Virus record (IMG/VR): IMGVR_UViG_3300028393_000019
Location: 124,001-188,000 of that record
Length of the DNA stretch: 64,000 nt
Reading direction: 5' to 3' (one strand)
Made by a program: the position numbers and the translations under genes. The notes beneath the pieces are model-generated. The model did no database searches, was not told the origin of the DNA, and was given only the letters and a program-made list of their open reading frames with translations. Shown here piece by piece: positions 10,132 to 18,893 of this stretch (positions are counted from its first letter, which is position 1; each line of letters starts with the position of its first letter).

Positions 10132-10313
10132 AATCCACGGCTCCAGTATTGTCCTTCAGCCTCATACTGGCGTGTCCAGTATTCTACATCAGATGCATTT
10201 GTTGGACGCTTGCTGTTGATATATTGTTCCAAACGGCTTTGGTAACCTGCCTTAGGGAACATTTCGCCTAGTCTTTCCATAAGAGCTAGCATTTTGCTTG
10301 ATAAAGTTTTCAT
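10128..10313 (-). CDS. DUF3563-like small protein
   Basis: LEQYINSK...DVEYWTRQYE pattern; AGAGG RBS before MKTLSS. Confidence 0.55.
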   Translation of the reverse strand: MKTLSSKMLALMERLGEMFPKAGYQSRLEQYINSKRPTNASDVEYWTRQYEAEGQYWSRGL

Positions 10314-10459
10314 TTTGTGATATCCTCTGTTAGTGTATGTAGAATTGTGTCCTACCATGTATTTAGCACATCAGTATAAACCATGATAATTTTCAACCCA
10401 TTTGATATAATTAAAAGTAGACTGTATAATTCAATAAATAACACACAACGAGAAAGAAC

Positions 10460-10720
10460 ATGCGTAAAAGCACCCGTAGTATTCTACAAGAACTTAGCGA
10501 TATAGGCATTAGCCGCGATACTGATCTAGTGATAGAAAGCCGCGGATCCAACATCATTGCCAGCGCAGTTAACCTTCTCAGTATGATACGCGAACACTAC
10601 GATGTGGAAACTGCCGCTGAACTAGAACGCAGATTCATAAATTCAATCAAATCCAACGATGCAACCAAGTTCAAACGTGGTATCAAGCGCATCCAAGAAG
10701 GCAAAGACACACAGGTATAA
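10460..10720 (+). CDS. hypothetical protein
   Basis: 86-aa ORF after TAAATA. Confidence 0.7.
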   Translation: MRKSTRSILQELSDIGISRDTDLVIESRGSNIIASAVNLLSMIREHYDVETAAELERRFINSIKSNDATKFKRGIKRIQEGKDTQV

Positions 10721-10844
10721 AATACCAGCTTGAAATTGAGCATATCTAGCCAATTTTTATTCAAACTACTAAATAATTATACAAAGGCCTTTTAGGAAGG
10801 TCGCTCGAAGAGTTCGAGCAGTATGGTAAGATTAGGAGAATATT

Positions 10845-11357
10845 ATGCCATCATTATTAAACACAACAGTCGCCGCCAACTACGGCGCAATGTCAAAGCA
10901 AGACACATACGCAACAGGCGCAGCCTTTAGTGCATTCGGTACACGCCCACTACGTTTGCTCAAAGTTGTACTATCAAGCGGTTCATTGAATGACCTACGT
11001 TATCAAGACGGAACAACAAGCTCAACATCATATGCTGATGCCAACAGCTTGTTTGGTCAAGTGGTTCGCGCTATGCAAACCAACGCTGAAATCTATTTTG
11101 TTGGTCAACCTGACGCAACATCATTCTTAGCACTTGTTGCTGGCGACACAGTAGATGACGCAGAAACTTCAAGCAACGTTGCTGGTACAGGTTACGGTCA
11201 ATTGGAAGCCACAATCAAAGCTACCATTGACGGACGTACAGCCGCTGGTCATGGTGCTGGTGCCGCTGGTACAGCAACTACAGTTACAATTACAGCAAGT
11301 GGTACTGCCGCTAACCCTAACTTCTTTGTTGGTGGTGCTTTAGGTACATTCGCTTAA
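10845..11357 (+). CDS. putative abundant virion protein
   Basis: Ala/Thr/Gly-rich; AGGAG RBS; late motif upstream, terminator downstream. Confidence 0.65.
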   Translation: MPSLLNTTVAANYGAMSKQDTYATGAAFSAFGTRPLRLLKVVLSSGSLNDLRYQDGTTSSTSYADANSLFGQVVRAMQTNAEIYFVGQPDATSFLALVAGDTVDDAETSSNVAGTGYGQLEATIKATIDGRTAAGHGAGAAGTATTVTITASGTAANPNFFVGGALGTFA

Positions 11358-11397
11358 TTTGTAAATTAAGTTTATTCTCAGGGATGGGAAGCAAATC

Positions 11398-11420
11398 AGG
11401 ACTCTTCGGAGTCCTTTTTT
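11398..11420 (+). terminator. intrinsic terminator
   Basis: AGGACTC-TTCG-GAGTCCT followed by a T-run. Confidence 0.85.
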
Positions 11421-11437
11421 GTTGGCTTAAATACTGC

Positions 11438-11839
11438 ATGGAATACAAACTATACACTCTAGTGGATATTACTCACACAGGACAACACAGGACCGAACCC
11501 GGTAAAGAATCACTGCGTTGGAAAGAACAAAACTTTCAAACTGTTATACAAACTTTGGGCATAAGATCCAATATACTTTACAGCAGTGGCCCTATTGCAT
11601 CTGAAGTTGCTGGCAAACTGATTGGCTTTGACACTGATAAAATCATACGTGTGTGGCGATTTGATTTTAGCACAGACCGTGAGCATGTGTATGAATCCAA
11701 TGGAGACCCCGTTGGCGCACTGATAGAAGATTTTACACTGGTGCCCTATATAGCAGGTCTAGATGAACGTATGGAACAACGATACGCAGTGTTCAACACT
11801 GAAGATCCGGGTAAGAATATTGCATTCTTCGCTAAATAA
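11438..11839 (+). CDS. hypothetical protein
   Basis: ATG 4 nt after TAAATA (11428-11433). Confidence 0.7.
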   Translation: MEYKLYTLVDITHTGQHRTEPGKESLRWKEQNFQTVIQTLGIRSNILYSSGPIASEVAGKLIGFDTDKIIRVWRFDFSTDREHVYESNGDPVGALIEDFTLVPYIAGLDERMEQRYAVFNTEDPGKNIAFFAK

Positions 11840-11944
11840 CATTGTAGGCAAATTCAGTACACGTAAACACTTAGGCATTCAATCATACATTAGGCACATG
11901 ACTCGGAGCGAGTCCCTGACTTATCACATTGGAGATGCCTTAAC

Positions 11945-12346
11945 ATGGCCACAAAAGAAGCAGTTGCACAACTAGCCGCAATACCCGAGCGTGTAAGCGT
12001 ACTAGAAACCAAAGTAGAAAACATAAACGAAAAACTGGTTGATCTCAAATCGGATGTCAGAGACATGCACGACTGTTTGGATCAAACTCGTGATACAGTT
12101 CTAGCACAGTTAAATGTTATGACTAACGAGTATCGCACCAATGCTGAAAAATATTACGATCACGCCAATCATCTAAATGAATTGCAAACAGCCCAACACA
12201 ATGAACTAGCTGGTAAAATTAACGAGTTGGAAAAAGTCAAAAGCAAGTGGACCATGTACGCCATGTCAGCGTTGGCCTTTGCCGCTGGCACTGGCTGGAT
12301 CAACGCTATCAACTTCCCACACATATTAAAGTTCTTAGGCTTGTAA
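11945..12346 (+). CDS. coiled-coil protein with C-terminal TM helix (holin/XhlA-like architecture)
   Basis: ERVSVLETKVENI heptads; hydrophobic C-terminus. Confidence 0.55.
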   Translation: MATKEAVAQLAAIPERVSVLETKVENINEKLVDLKSDVRDMHDCLDQTRDTVLAQLNVMTNEYRTNAEKYYDHANHLNELQTAQHNELAGKINELEKVKSKWTMYAMSALAFAAGTGWINAINFPHILKFLGL

Positions 12347-12362
12347 TTCTGTTAAATACAGA

Positions 12363-13046
12363 ATGAACGCATTAGAATTCATCGATCCAAATCCTCATCA
12401 TCATGATCTCAACCCCGTCATATGGGATGACAAAGTCATGCGCCCTGAAATACAACATCAGCTACTGAAGATTGCACGGCATTTCATATCTTATCTAGAT
12501 ACCCCTAATCTCAAGCTCAAAGACGTCACACTCAGCGGCAGTTCAGCAGGATACAACTACAGCAAGTTCAGCGATATGGATCTGCATCTAGTGGTCAACT
12601 CAGAAGAAACATTTACAGCTGAAAAGAATCAATACAATTCAACTCACGACATAGAGATCAAAGATATTCCTGTAGAGCTTTACGTGCAACCAGCTAGTCA
12701 GCCTCATCACAGCGAAGGTATATACAGTGTGCTAAAAGGCCAATGGATACACGAACCTGTACACAAAGAACCCACAACAGATCCCAAAGACATAAAAAGC
12801 AAAGCTCGTAGTTATGCTCACAAGATAAACAGTGCCATGCGTAGCAAAGATTTGACCAAGTGCAAAGAAGCTATGGAATCACTCAAACGACTGCGCAAAG
12901 CAGGACTAGAATCAGGCGGCGAACAAAGCGTGGAAAATCTAGCTTTCAAACTACTCAGAGCTAGGGGACAAATTGATAAATTGCGTAAATACATAGATAA
13001 ACTAACAAGTGCTGAATTAAGCCTCGGGGAAAACAATGAAGATTAA
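12363..13046 (+). CDS. polymerase-beta-superfamily nucleotidyltransferase-like protein
   Basis: LSGS...SDMDLHLV (GS + DxD) and a third acidic residue in PVELYV. Confidence 0.7.
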   Translation: MNALEFIDPNPHHHDLNPVIWDDKVMRPEIQHQLLKIARHFISYLDTPNLKLKDVTLSGSSAGYNYSKFSDMDLHLVVNSEETFTAEKNQYNSTHDIEIKDIPVELYVQPASQPHHSEGIYSVLKGQWIHEPVHKEPTTDPKDIKSKARSYAHKINSAMRSKDLTKCKEAMESLKRLRKAGLESGGEQSVENLAFKLLRARGQIDKLRKYIDKLTSAELSLGENNED

Positions 13047-13788
13047 AGACATATTAGGTGAAGACGGAATAACAGTCCAAAGTGTAACCGGCGACAAAGC
13101 CAAGCTGTCAAACGGCACTGAAATTGATGCCAAGACACTGACACCTGACTCAGCACATCCGGGACAGCTGACCATGCCGCAAATGGATCCTGCCGCCATC
13201 AAACCGGGTGCTATGGTCAATCAAGGTGAGCAGTCAGAGGACATGGACAACGATCCCCTGGCACAGCAGTATGTTCAACAGATCAATCAATTCATGCAAC
13301 AGGCTACAGAGCCTTGGGAAAAGGCACAGTTACAAGCACGTCTAAAGGCTGTGCAAGATGGACAAGTGCCACGTTCAGCCAACGGCGGTGCAATCAAACA
13401 ACTGCCTCCACGTGAATGGGAAGCAAACCTAGCCAAAACTGCTCCGTCGACTCTAGTTCGCATGCTGGGTGTGTTTGGTACCAGTGCGTACAGCCCTGAA
13501 TATCTCAAACAACACAACATGTTGAGTCGAGGTCTTGATCACATTGGGCTTGAGGAAGCTGACCTAACTGAAAAGAAACACAAAGACACTATGGCGCAAG
13601 GCGGCAGCGACATTGGTGGCGACAATGGTGGAGACAAGGGCGATGATTTTATCGATGATGTGAAAGACAAAGGCTATGAACGTAAGAATCGTAATCCCGG
13701 ATCCGGCAATCGCGGTCCTATTTCGGGTGGTAAGTTGAAAGAAACTGATGAGCTGTACAAGTGGCTCACCATCGCTGGTCTAAAATGA
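13036..13788 (+). CDS. putative head-packaged protein
   Basis: N-terminus MKIKDILGE; C-terminal WLTIAGLK. Confidence 0.6.
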   Translation: MKIKDILGEDGITVQSVTGDKAKLSNGTEIDAKTLTPDSAHPGQLTMPQMDPAAIKPGAMVNQGEQSEDMDNDPLAQQYVQQINQFMQQATEPWEKAQLQARLKAVQDGQVPRSANGGAIKQLPPREWEANLAKTAPSTLVRMLGVFGTSAYSPEYLKQHNMLSRGLDHIGLEEADLTEKKHKDTMAQGGSDIGGDNGGDKGDDFIDDVKDKGYERKNRNPGSGNRGPISGGKLKETDELYKWLTIAGLK

Positions 13789-13997
13789 AAATAAGCGAGC
13801 TATTGACTAATTTCGTTATCTATACTTCCATTGAGGAACAGCAGATACTAGAAAAATTGGACCAGCCTGTTAAACTATCTAGACTCAGTGAGCATGATCA
13901 ATTTAAAGTGCAGGCCATGATACGCAAAAGTCTAGTGGTCAAAATAGGTATGGAAGATCCCATGGTGGTAAAGAACAAGGACCTTGATTTCCAATAG
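13785..13997 (+). CDS. hypothetical protein
   Basis: Start MKISELL overlaps the previous stop. Confidence 0.65.
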   Translation: MKISELLTNFVIYTSIEEQQILEKLDQPVKLSRLSEHDQFKVQAMIRKSLVVKIGMEDPMVVKNKDLDFQ

Positions 13998-14026
13998 CAT
14001 CATCTGTGCAGGATAAGTACTGTGCA

Positions 14027-14488
14027 ATGAAACAATCATCTAAAACCAAAAAACCCCAAGGTCGCGTGATCAAAGAGCTGGCACAGCACTTTGAAGAGGA
14101 TCTCAAAAAATCACTGCCCATAAGCATACAGCCCAATGGCACTATAGTGTACAAAACATATTATATCAAAAAGAACTCACGTGAAAACTGGGGTTTGTTC
14201 AATATAAACAGCCACGATCAAGTCAACGAATTTTATCTCAAAACCTGTGCGCTTATGGCAGCCAAGGCCTACAGCAGTGTAAATTTAGATAAATTCTACG
14301 AAATCAAACGTGCAGACAATCTTTACTGGGCTAACTATTGCGATTTGCAAGTGTATCGCAAAAATATCAAGACTGCCAAAGAATTTGAGAGATATTTGAT
14401 CTTGTTAAATAAACTTGAACACACAGAATTCCTAACTGAACATTACAAGGAAAAGATTTCCATGATGTTTAAGTGGAGTTTTGTATAA
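14027..14488 (+). CDS. hypothetical protein
   Basis: 153-aa ORF in the operon. Confidence 0.65.
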   Translation: MKQSSKTKKPQGRVIKELAQHFEEDLKKSLPISIQPNGTIVYKTYYIKKNSRENWGLFNINSHDQVNEFYLKTCALMAAKAYSSVNLDKFYEIKRADNLYWANYCDLQVYRKNIKTAKEFERYLILLNKLEHTEFLTEHYKEKISMMFKWSFV

Positions 14489-14518
14489 ATACTTACAATA
14501 TAGCTTAGGGATACCACC

Positions 14519-15550
14519 ATGCAGATTAGAGAATTATCAAAACCAGTTACAGCTAAACAGCTTAACGAAAACTTAGCCAAACAATATGGCTACAAACTAA
14601 ACTTAGAAAAGTTTAGCGATGTGCAATTAGAAGATGCACGTAACAAGTTACGTACCAAGCTGAGTCAGCTTGAACTTAGTGAAAACTATGATGCCATCAA
14701 CGAAAATCCCGACTATCAAAAGACCAAAATCATGCTGGACTGTATCAATACAGAAATTTTAGAGCGTGAGGCAATTGCAGAGGGCACAAAAGACCTACCA
14801 GGCAATCAAGAAAAGATTGATGTTGCAAAACCAAAAGGCAAAATTGACGGCAAGGACATGGCCGCTCTACGTGCAATGAAGAAAAAGAAAATGGAAAGTG
14901 TAAATCTAGCATTAATGGTTAAAAAGGCTCGTGAGCATTCAGTTCCAACCAAGTGGATCGAATCGGCAATCAGCCGTATCAAACTAGGCGAAACAGATCA
15001 GCAAGAACTAACAGCAGAATTAACAACACGTTATGACCTAAGTGAAGGCCAAGCCAACTATATTGTATATCTAAAAGAAGGTGAGCAAACCAAGGCAGAA
15101 GTAATTATGGCCACTAAAGACATGGTGGACCAAATTACAGGCTGGTACGAAGATGTGGCTCAATTAAAATCTGAGCATCTTCTAGAACTATTAGACTCTA
15201 TAAGAGAAGCACTAGGCAGTGACGTTGCCAGCAAATATGAACAGGCAGTCAAGCCTGCACTGGATCAGATCTATTCATCAATTGAACAAGCACGTCAAGG
15301 CATATCATCAGGCCTAGCTCTAGTATCAGGTGGCGAAGCTCCTGGTATGATGGGAGCACCAGCTCCAACAGGCATGCCAGGCGAAGACGCAGGTATGGGT
15401 GGTGAAACACCTCCGATGCCCGGTGAAGCACCAGACATGGGTGCAGAAACTCCAGCACTACCAGGTGCAGAAGCAGGCCGTGAGAAGCGTGAAAGCATTG
15501 ACTACAGCCGCCGCTTAGGCATGATGTTGGCTCAATCAAAAAAAAACTAA
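14519..15550 (+). CDS. putative prohead core/scaffold-like protein ending at a slippery site
   Basis: Helical, many LxE sites, Pro/Gly/Met-rich tail; TATAAATA at 14484; ends TCA AAA AAA AAC TAA. Confidence 0.65.
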   Translation: MQIRELSKPVTAKQLNENLAKQYGYKLNLEKFSDVQLEDARNKLRTKLSQLELSENYDAINENPDYQKTKIMLDCINTEILEREAIAEGTKDLPGNQEKIDVAKPKGKIDGKDMAALRAMKKKKMESVNLALMVKKAREHSVPTKWIESAISRIKLGETDQQELTAELTTRYDLSEGQANYIVYLKEGEQTKAEVIMATKDMVDQITGWYEDVAQLKSEHLLELLDSIREALGSDVASKYEQAVKPALDQIYSSIEQARQGISSGLALVSGGEAPGMMGAPAPTGMPGEDAGMGGETPPMPGEAPDMGAETPALPGAEAGREKRESIDYSRRLGMMLAQSKKN

Positions 15551-15903
15551 ATGAAAACCTGGATCCCTTGGTAATGTTACTGAGGGATGAACAGGCCAAA
15601 GCCAATCGCGAATTTGCCGCAACTGGCAATGAAACTTCTGCTCCACTGTCGTGGAAAGCGATTAACCAACTGATCAGTGCATCAGGCAACCCAGAAGTGT
15701 CTTACGATGAGTTTGCACAACGTTGGGACAGTCAAGAGCCAGATGATCAAATACTCAAACAATTGGTAGCTAGATTTGATGGTCAGGGTCTTGTGATCAA
15801 GACCAAAGGTTCCGGTTCACAACCTGACATGGGTGAGCCCAATCCTGGAAAATCCAGTGTAGCTGCCGCGGCAGATCAAGCAACAGATCGAGCGTTTGCC
15901 TAG
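15547..15903 (+). CDS. -1 frame extension of the 14519 ORF (track ORF 15568..15903)
   Basis: CTA at 15547 is in frame with TTG 15568 (LNENLDPLVMLLRDEQ...); no clear RBS of its own. Confidence 0.6.
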   Translation, partial: LNENLDPLVMLLRDEQAKANREFAATGNETSAPLSWKAINQLISASGNPEVSYDEFAQRWDSQEPDDQILKQLVARFDGQGLVIKTKGSGSQPDMGEPNPGKSSVAAAADQATDRAFA

Positions 15904-15932
15904 TTGACAAGTTACACAAGTTAGTGTAAACT
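15904..15932 (+). promoter_or_regulatory. sigma70-type promoter
   Basis: TTGACA-17-TAAACT; ATG 6 nt downstream. Confidence 0.7.
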
Positions 15933-15938
15933 AACCTA

Positions 15939-16658
15939 ATGTCACTACTAATAGAAAGGTTCAACTACACACCTATCAACAGACAAAGTGTAGAAGGTAA
16001 GCGTTTGTACGCACTTCCAGACGGAACCAAAGTTCCCAGTGTTACCACAATCCTTGACAAGACCAAAAGTCAAGAAAAGATTGATGCACTCAACAATTGG
16101 AAAAAACGTGTGGGTGAAGCCAAGGCACAGGAAATTGTAACTGAAGCCAGCGGACGTGGAACTAGGATGCACAAGTTCCTTGAAGACTATGTCAAGTCGG
16201 GCATTGTTAACGAACCCGGAACTAATCCTTACAGCAAGCAAAGTCATATTATGGCCAAGCATGTGATTGAAAAGGGTCTATGCAATGTTAATGAAATATG
16301 GGGTGTAGAAGTTCCCTTATATTATCCGGGACTATACGCAGGCACTACTGACGGATGCGGATTGCATCTCAATGATCAAAGCATATTAGATTACAAACAA
16401 ACCAACAAACCCAAAAAAGAAGAGTGGATTGAAGATTACTATCTTCAGTTGACTGCTTATGCTCTAGCACACAACCAAGTACATGGCACTAACATATGCA
16501 AAGGTGTAGTTTTAATGTGTGTTAGTCCTAAAATGAACGACAAACTTGAAGTTATAGAACAACCCGTTTATCAGGAATTTATCTTAAAACCCCAAGATTT
16601 CAGCTACTGGGAAAGCAAGTGGTGGGATAGGGTGGAACAGTACTACGGTAAGAACTGA
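15939..16658 (+). CDS. PD-(D/E)XK exonuclease (RecB/Cas4-like phage family)
   Basis: PSVTTIL, RGTRMH, E.PL, YAGTTD, DYKQ, YYLQL.AY motifs. Confidence 0.85.
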   Translation: MSLLIERFNYTPINRQSVEGKRLYALPDGTKVPSVTTILDKTKSQEKIDALNNWKKRVGEAKAQEIVTEASGRGTRMHKFLEDYVKSGIVNEPGTNPYSKQSHIMAKHVIEKGLCNVNEIWGVEVPLYYPGLYAGTTDGCGLHLNDQSILDYKQTNKPKKEEWIEDYYLQLTAYALAHNQVHGTNICKGVVLMCVSPKMNDKLEVIEQPVYQEFILKPQDFSYWESKWWDRVEQYYGKN

Positions 16659-16685
16659 TAAATATCTCATAAGAGGATATTTTTC

Positions 16686-18695
16686 ATGGCCGTATATCAG
16701 ATATCAAGAATACAAGTACGTCGCGGACAAGCGAATAGTGGTACAGGATTGCCACAGCTAGCATCTGGCGAAATGGCTTGGGCTATCGATACACAGCAAT
16801 TATACATCGGTAGTGGTGCTGTAAGCGAAGGCGCTCCGGCAGTCAGCAATATCCGTGTTCTTACAGCGCAGGATCTGGGTCTACAAGGTAACTTGTTGGG
16901 ACTAGCACAGTATGTGTATGGATCCAGTAACAGCTCTATTATTACAGGACCCAACGCCAACAGTCCTGTAGGACGCACTGTTAATACGAGACTGGATGAT
17001 CAAATAACCACAGCAAATTTTGGCACAATAGCAGACGGTGCCACAGATGATACCGCCGCACTACAACGTGCTATCAATCAATTGTTCCTAAACCCTAGCC
17101 AGGTCAGCTGGCAGAATACCAACAGTGCAGTCAAAACCAGGGCAGTGCTGACAATGCCGCCTGGCAATTATTATACCTCTGATACCTTGTACATACCCAG
17201 CTATACCAATCTGGTAGGAGCAGGCATAGACAAGACCATAATCAATTATCATCCCAAACAATACAGCATATCGGGCACATCAACGTATAACAATGCTATT
17301 TTGGCTGCAACAGTCGCCTCTTCAACATATGTAGGCTATATCGTTACATGCCCAGCCAGTCCTACCGCGATTCCAAACAACACTACAGTTACAGGATTTA
17401 CCGCAGGAGTAAGTTTGACACTGAGCAACAATGCGGCAGCCGGTTTATCTGGCGCTACATTTGTGTTGACCAGTCCTAAACCCGCGGTGCAGTTTGTTAA
17501 CGACAACTCCACAGCAGGCTCACCTGATCCAGTAGCTGCCAGTACCACAACACAGGCCCGCAAGATACGCATCACTGATTTGACAATCTCAACCGCAACC
17601 GGACTCAATACTTTGATGCAATGCAATTCAGTGCGTGAAAGCAGATTTGAAAATATTGGATTGAATGGCTATAATAGTCAAACGCCATTTTCTGGAATTA
17701 TCAATAACAACAGTATAGGTATAGCACTCAACAGCCCTATATCAGCTCAAACACAAGATAACATCTTTAGGAACATCAGAGCAACAGGATTGACCTATGG
17801 TGTGTATTCTTATCAGGATATTACACACTACTGCGAATTGGCAAATAACTTATTTGAGAACTGTTATTTTGCCAACAGCCTGATGGGATTCTTTTTAGGT
17901 AATGGTTACGTTTATAATATTGGTACTAGCCCTACAGGTCCAATTCAAACACAGATAGTCAATAATAAATTTTATTATATACAACAAGAGGCAATTTATA
18001 TTGCAGCCGGAACCGGAACCACTGTACAAAACTGCAAATATACCTATGTTGGTAACAATGGCGGAACCAACTTGGTAAGCACTTATCCTCAAGTGTATTT
18101 TGCGACCTATGGCAATTCATCAGTAGGTGATATCAGTGATAGAGATACTAATCTTGCCAACCCAAATACCAGTAGCAACCCAACATTTGCATTGATACCT
18201 TATGTACCTGTAGTGAGCGGACATGGTACTTATTCATACACTGGCAATTCCTCATTGTCGCTGAACTATACAGTGTCGGCTACACAGATTTTTAAATTGC
18301 CATTGACTTGGTTGTCCAGCCAAACTGTTCCCAAAGCCACTTTGTTCAGTACAGTTTCTCCTGCAGGTCCAACAGGGCAGATAATATATTCAGTACCCTA
18401 CGTCTATGCCAGCAACAAAAATTTTACCAGACAAGGCATCCTAACCATCACAGCTGATGCGGCAAATCAACAGCTACAGTTAAGCGATGAATATAACTTT
18501 GCCGGAGCCGATGCAAGTCCAAATACTACATCGTCTATTGCGACCAATTTAGATTTTCAAGCTCAGTTCCTAGACAAGAACGGAGTCCTTACTTCTATCA
18601 GTAGTTTGGCTCCTTTCTCTATAGTAGTCACCTATATCAATACCCTATCCAGTGATAGCGGCACTTTCAGCTATACATACAACTCAGTATTCTAA
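16686..18695 (+). CDS. tail spike/fibre protein with a pectate-lyase-like beta-helix
   Basis: QISRIQVRRG...LASGEMAW N-terminal domain; DGATDDTAALQRAI ... PPGNY motif; Asn-rich repeats. Confidence 0.75.
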   Translation: MAVYQISRIQVRRGQANSGTGLPQLASGEMAWAIDTQQLYIGSGAVSEGAPAVSNIRVLTAQDLGLQGNLLGLAQYVYGSSNSSIITGPNANSPVGRTVNTRLDDQITTANFGTIADGATDDTAALQRAINQLFLNPSQVSWQNTNSAVKTRAVLTMPPGNYYTSDTLYIPSYTNLVGAGIDKTIINYHPKQYSISGTSTYNNAILAATVASSTYVGYIVTCPASPTAIPNNTTVTGFTAGVSLTLSNNAAAGLSGATFVLTSPKPAVQFVNDNSTAGSPDPVAASTTTQARKIRITDLTISTATGLNTLMQCNSVRESRFENIGLNGYNSQTPFSGIINNNSIGIALNSPISAQTQDNIFRNIRATGLTYGVYSYQDITHYCELANNLFENCYFANSLMGFFLGNGYVYNIGTSPTGPIQTQIVNNKFYYIQQEAIYIAAGTGTTVQNCKYTYVGNNGGTNLVSTYPQVYFATYGNSSVGDISDRDTNLANPNTSSNPTFALIPYVPVVSGHGTYSYTGNSSLSLNYTVSATQIFKLPLTWLSSQTVPKATLFSTVSPAGPTGQIIYSVPYVYASNKNFTRQGILTITADAANQQLQLSDEYNFAGADASPNTTSSIATNLDFQAQFLDKNGVLTSISSLAPFSIVVTYINTLSSDSGTFSYTYNSVF

Positions 18696-18705
18696 GCCAA
18701 ACAAC

Positions 18706-18734
18706 TAGACAACGCTATAAAATGCGTATATAAT
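18706..18734 (+). promoter_or_regulatory. sigma70-type promoter upstream of nrdA
   Basis: TAGACA-17-TATAAT. Confidence 0.65.
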
Positions 18735-18893
18735 TTAGTTTATCAGCGTGATAAGAAAAGTTAGAACTACGAAATAGGGCAAAATTGTTCTAAATTGTTG
18801 TCTTTGAATAGAATTTTAGCGCCATTCTATTCTCTAATAAATACTACCTAGACACATTAAGTACAATACACAACCTATTCAAAGAAACAGACA

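Noticed and set aside
18735-18893. NrdR boxes or a riboswitch upstream of nrdA
   Set aside because: No convincing palindrome or aptamer motif was recognised.
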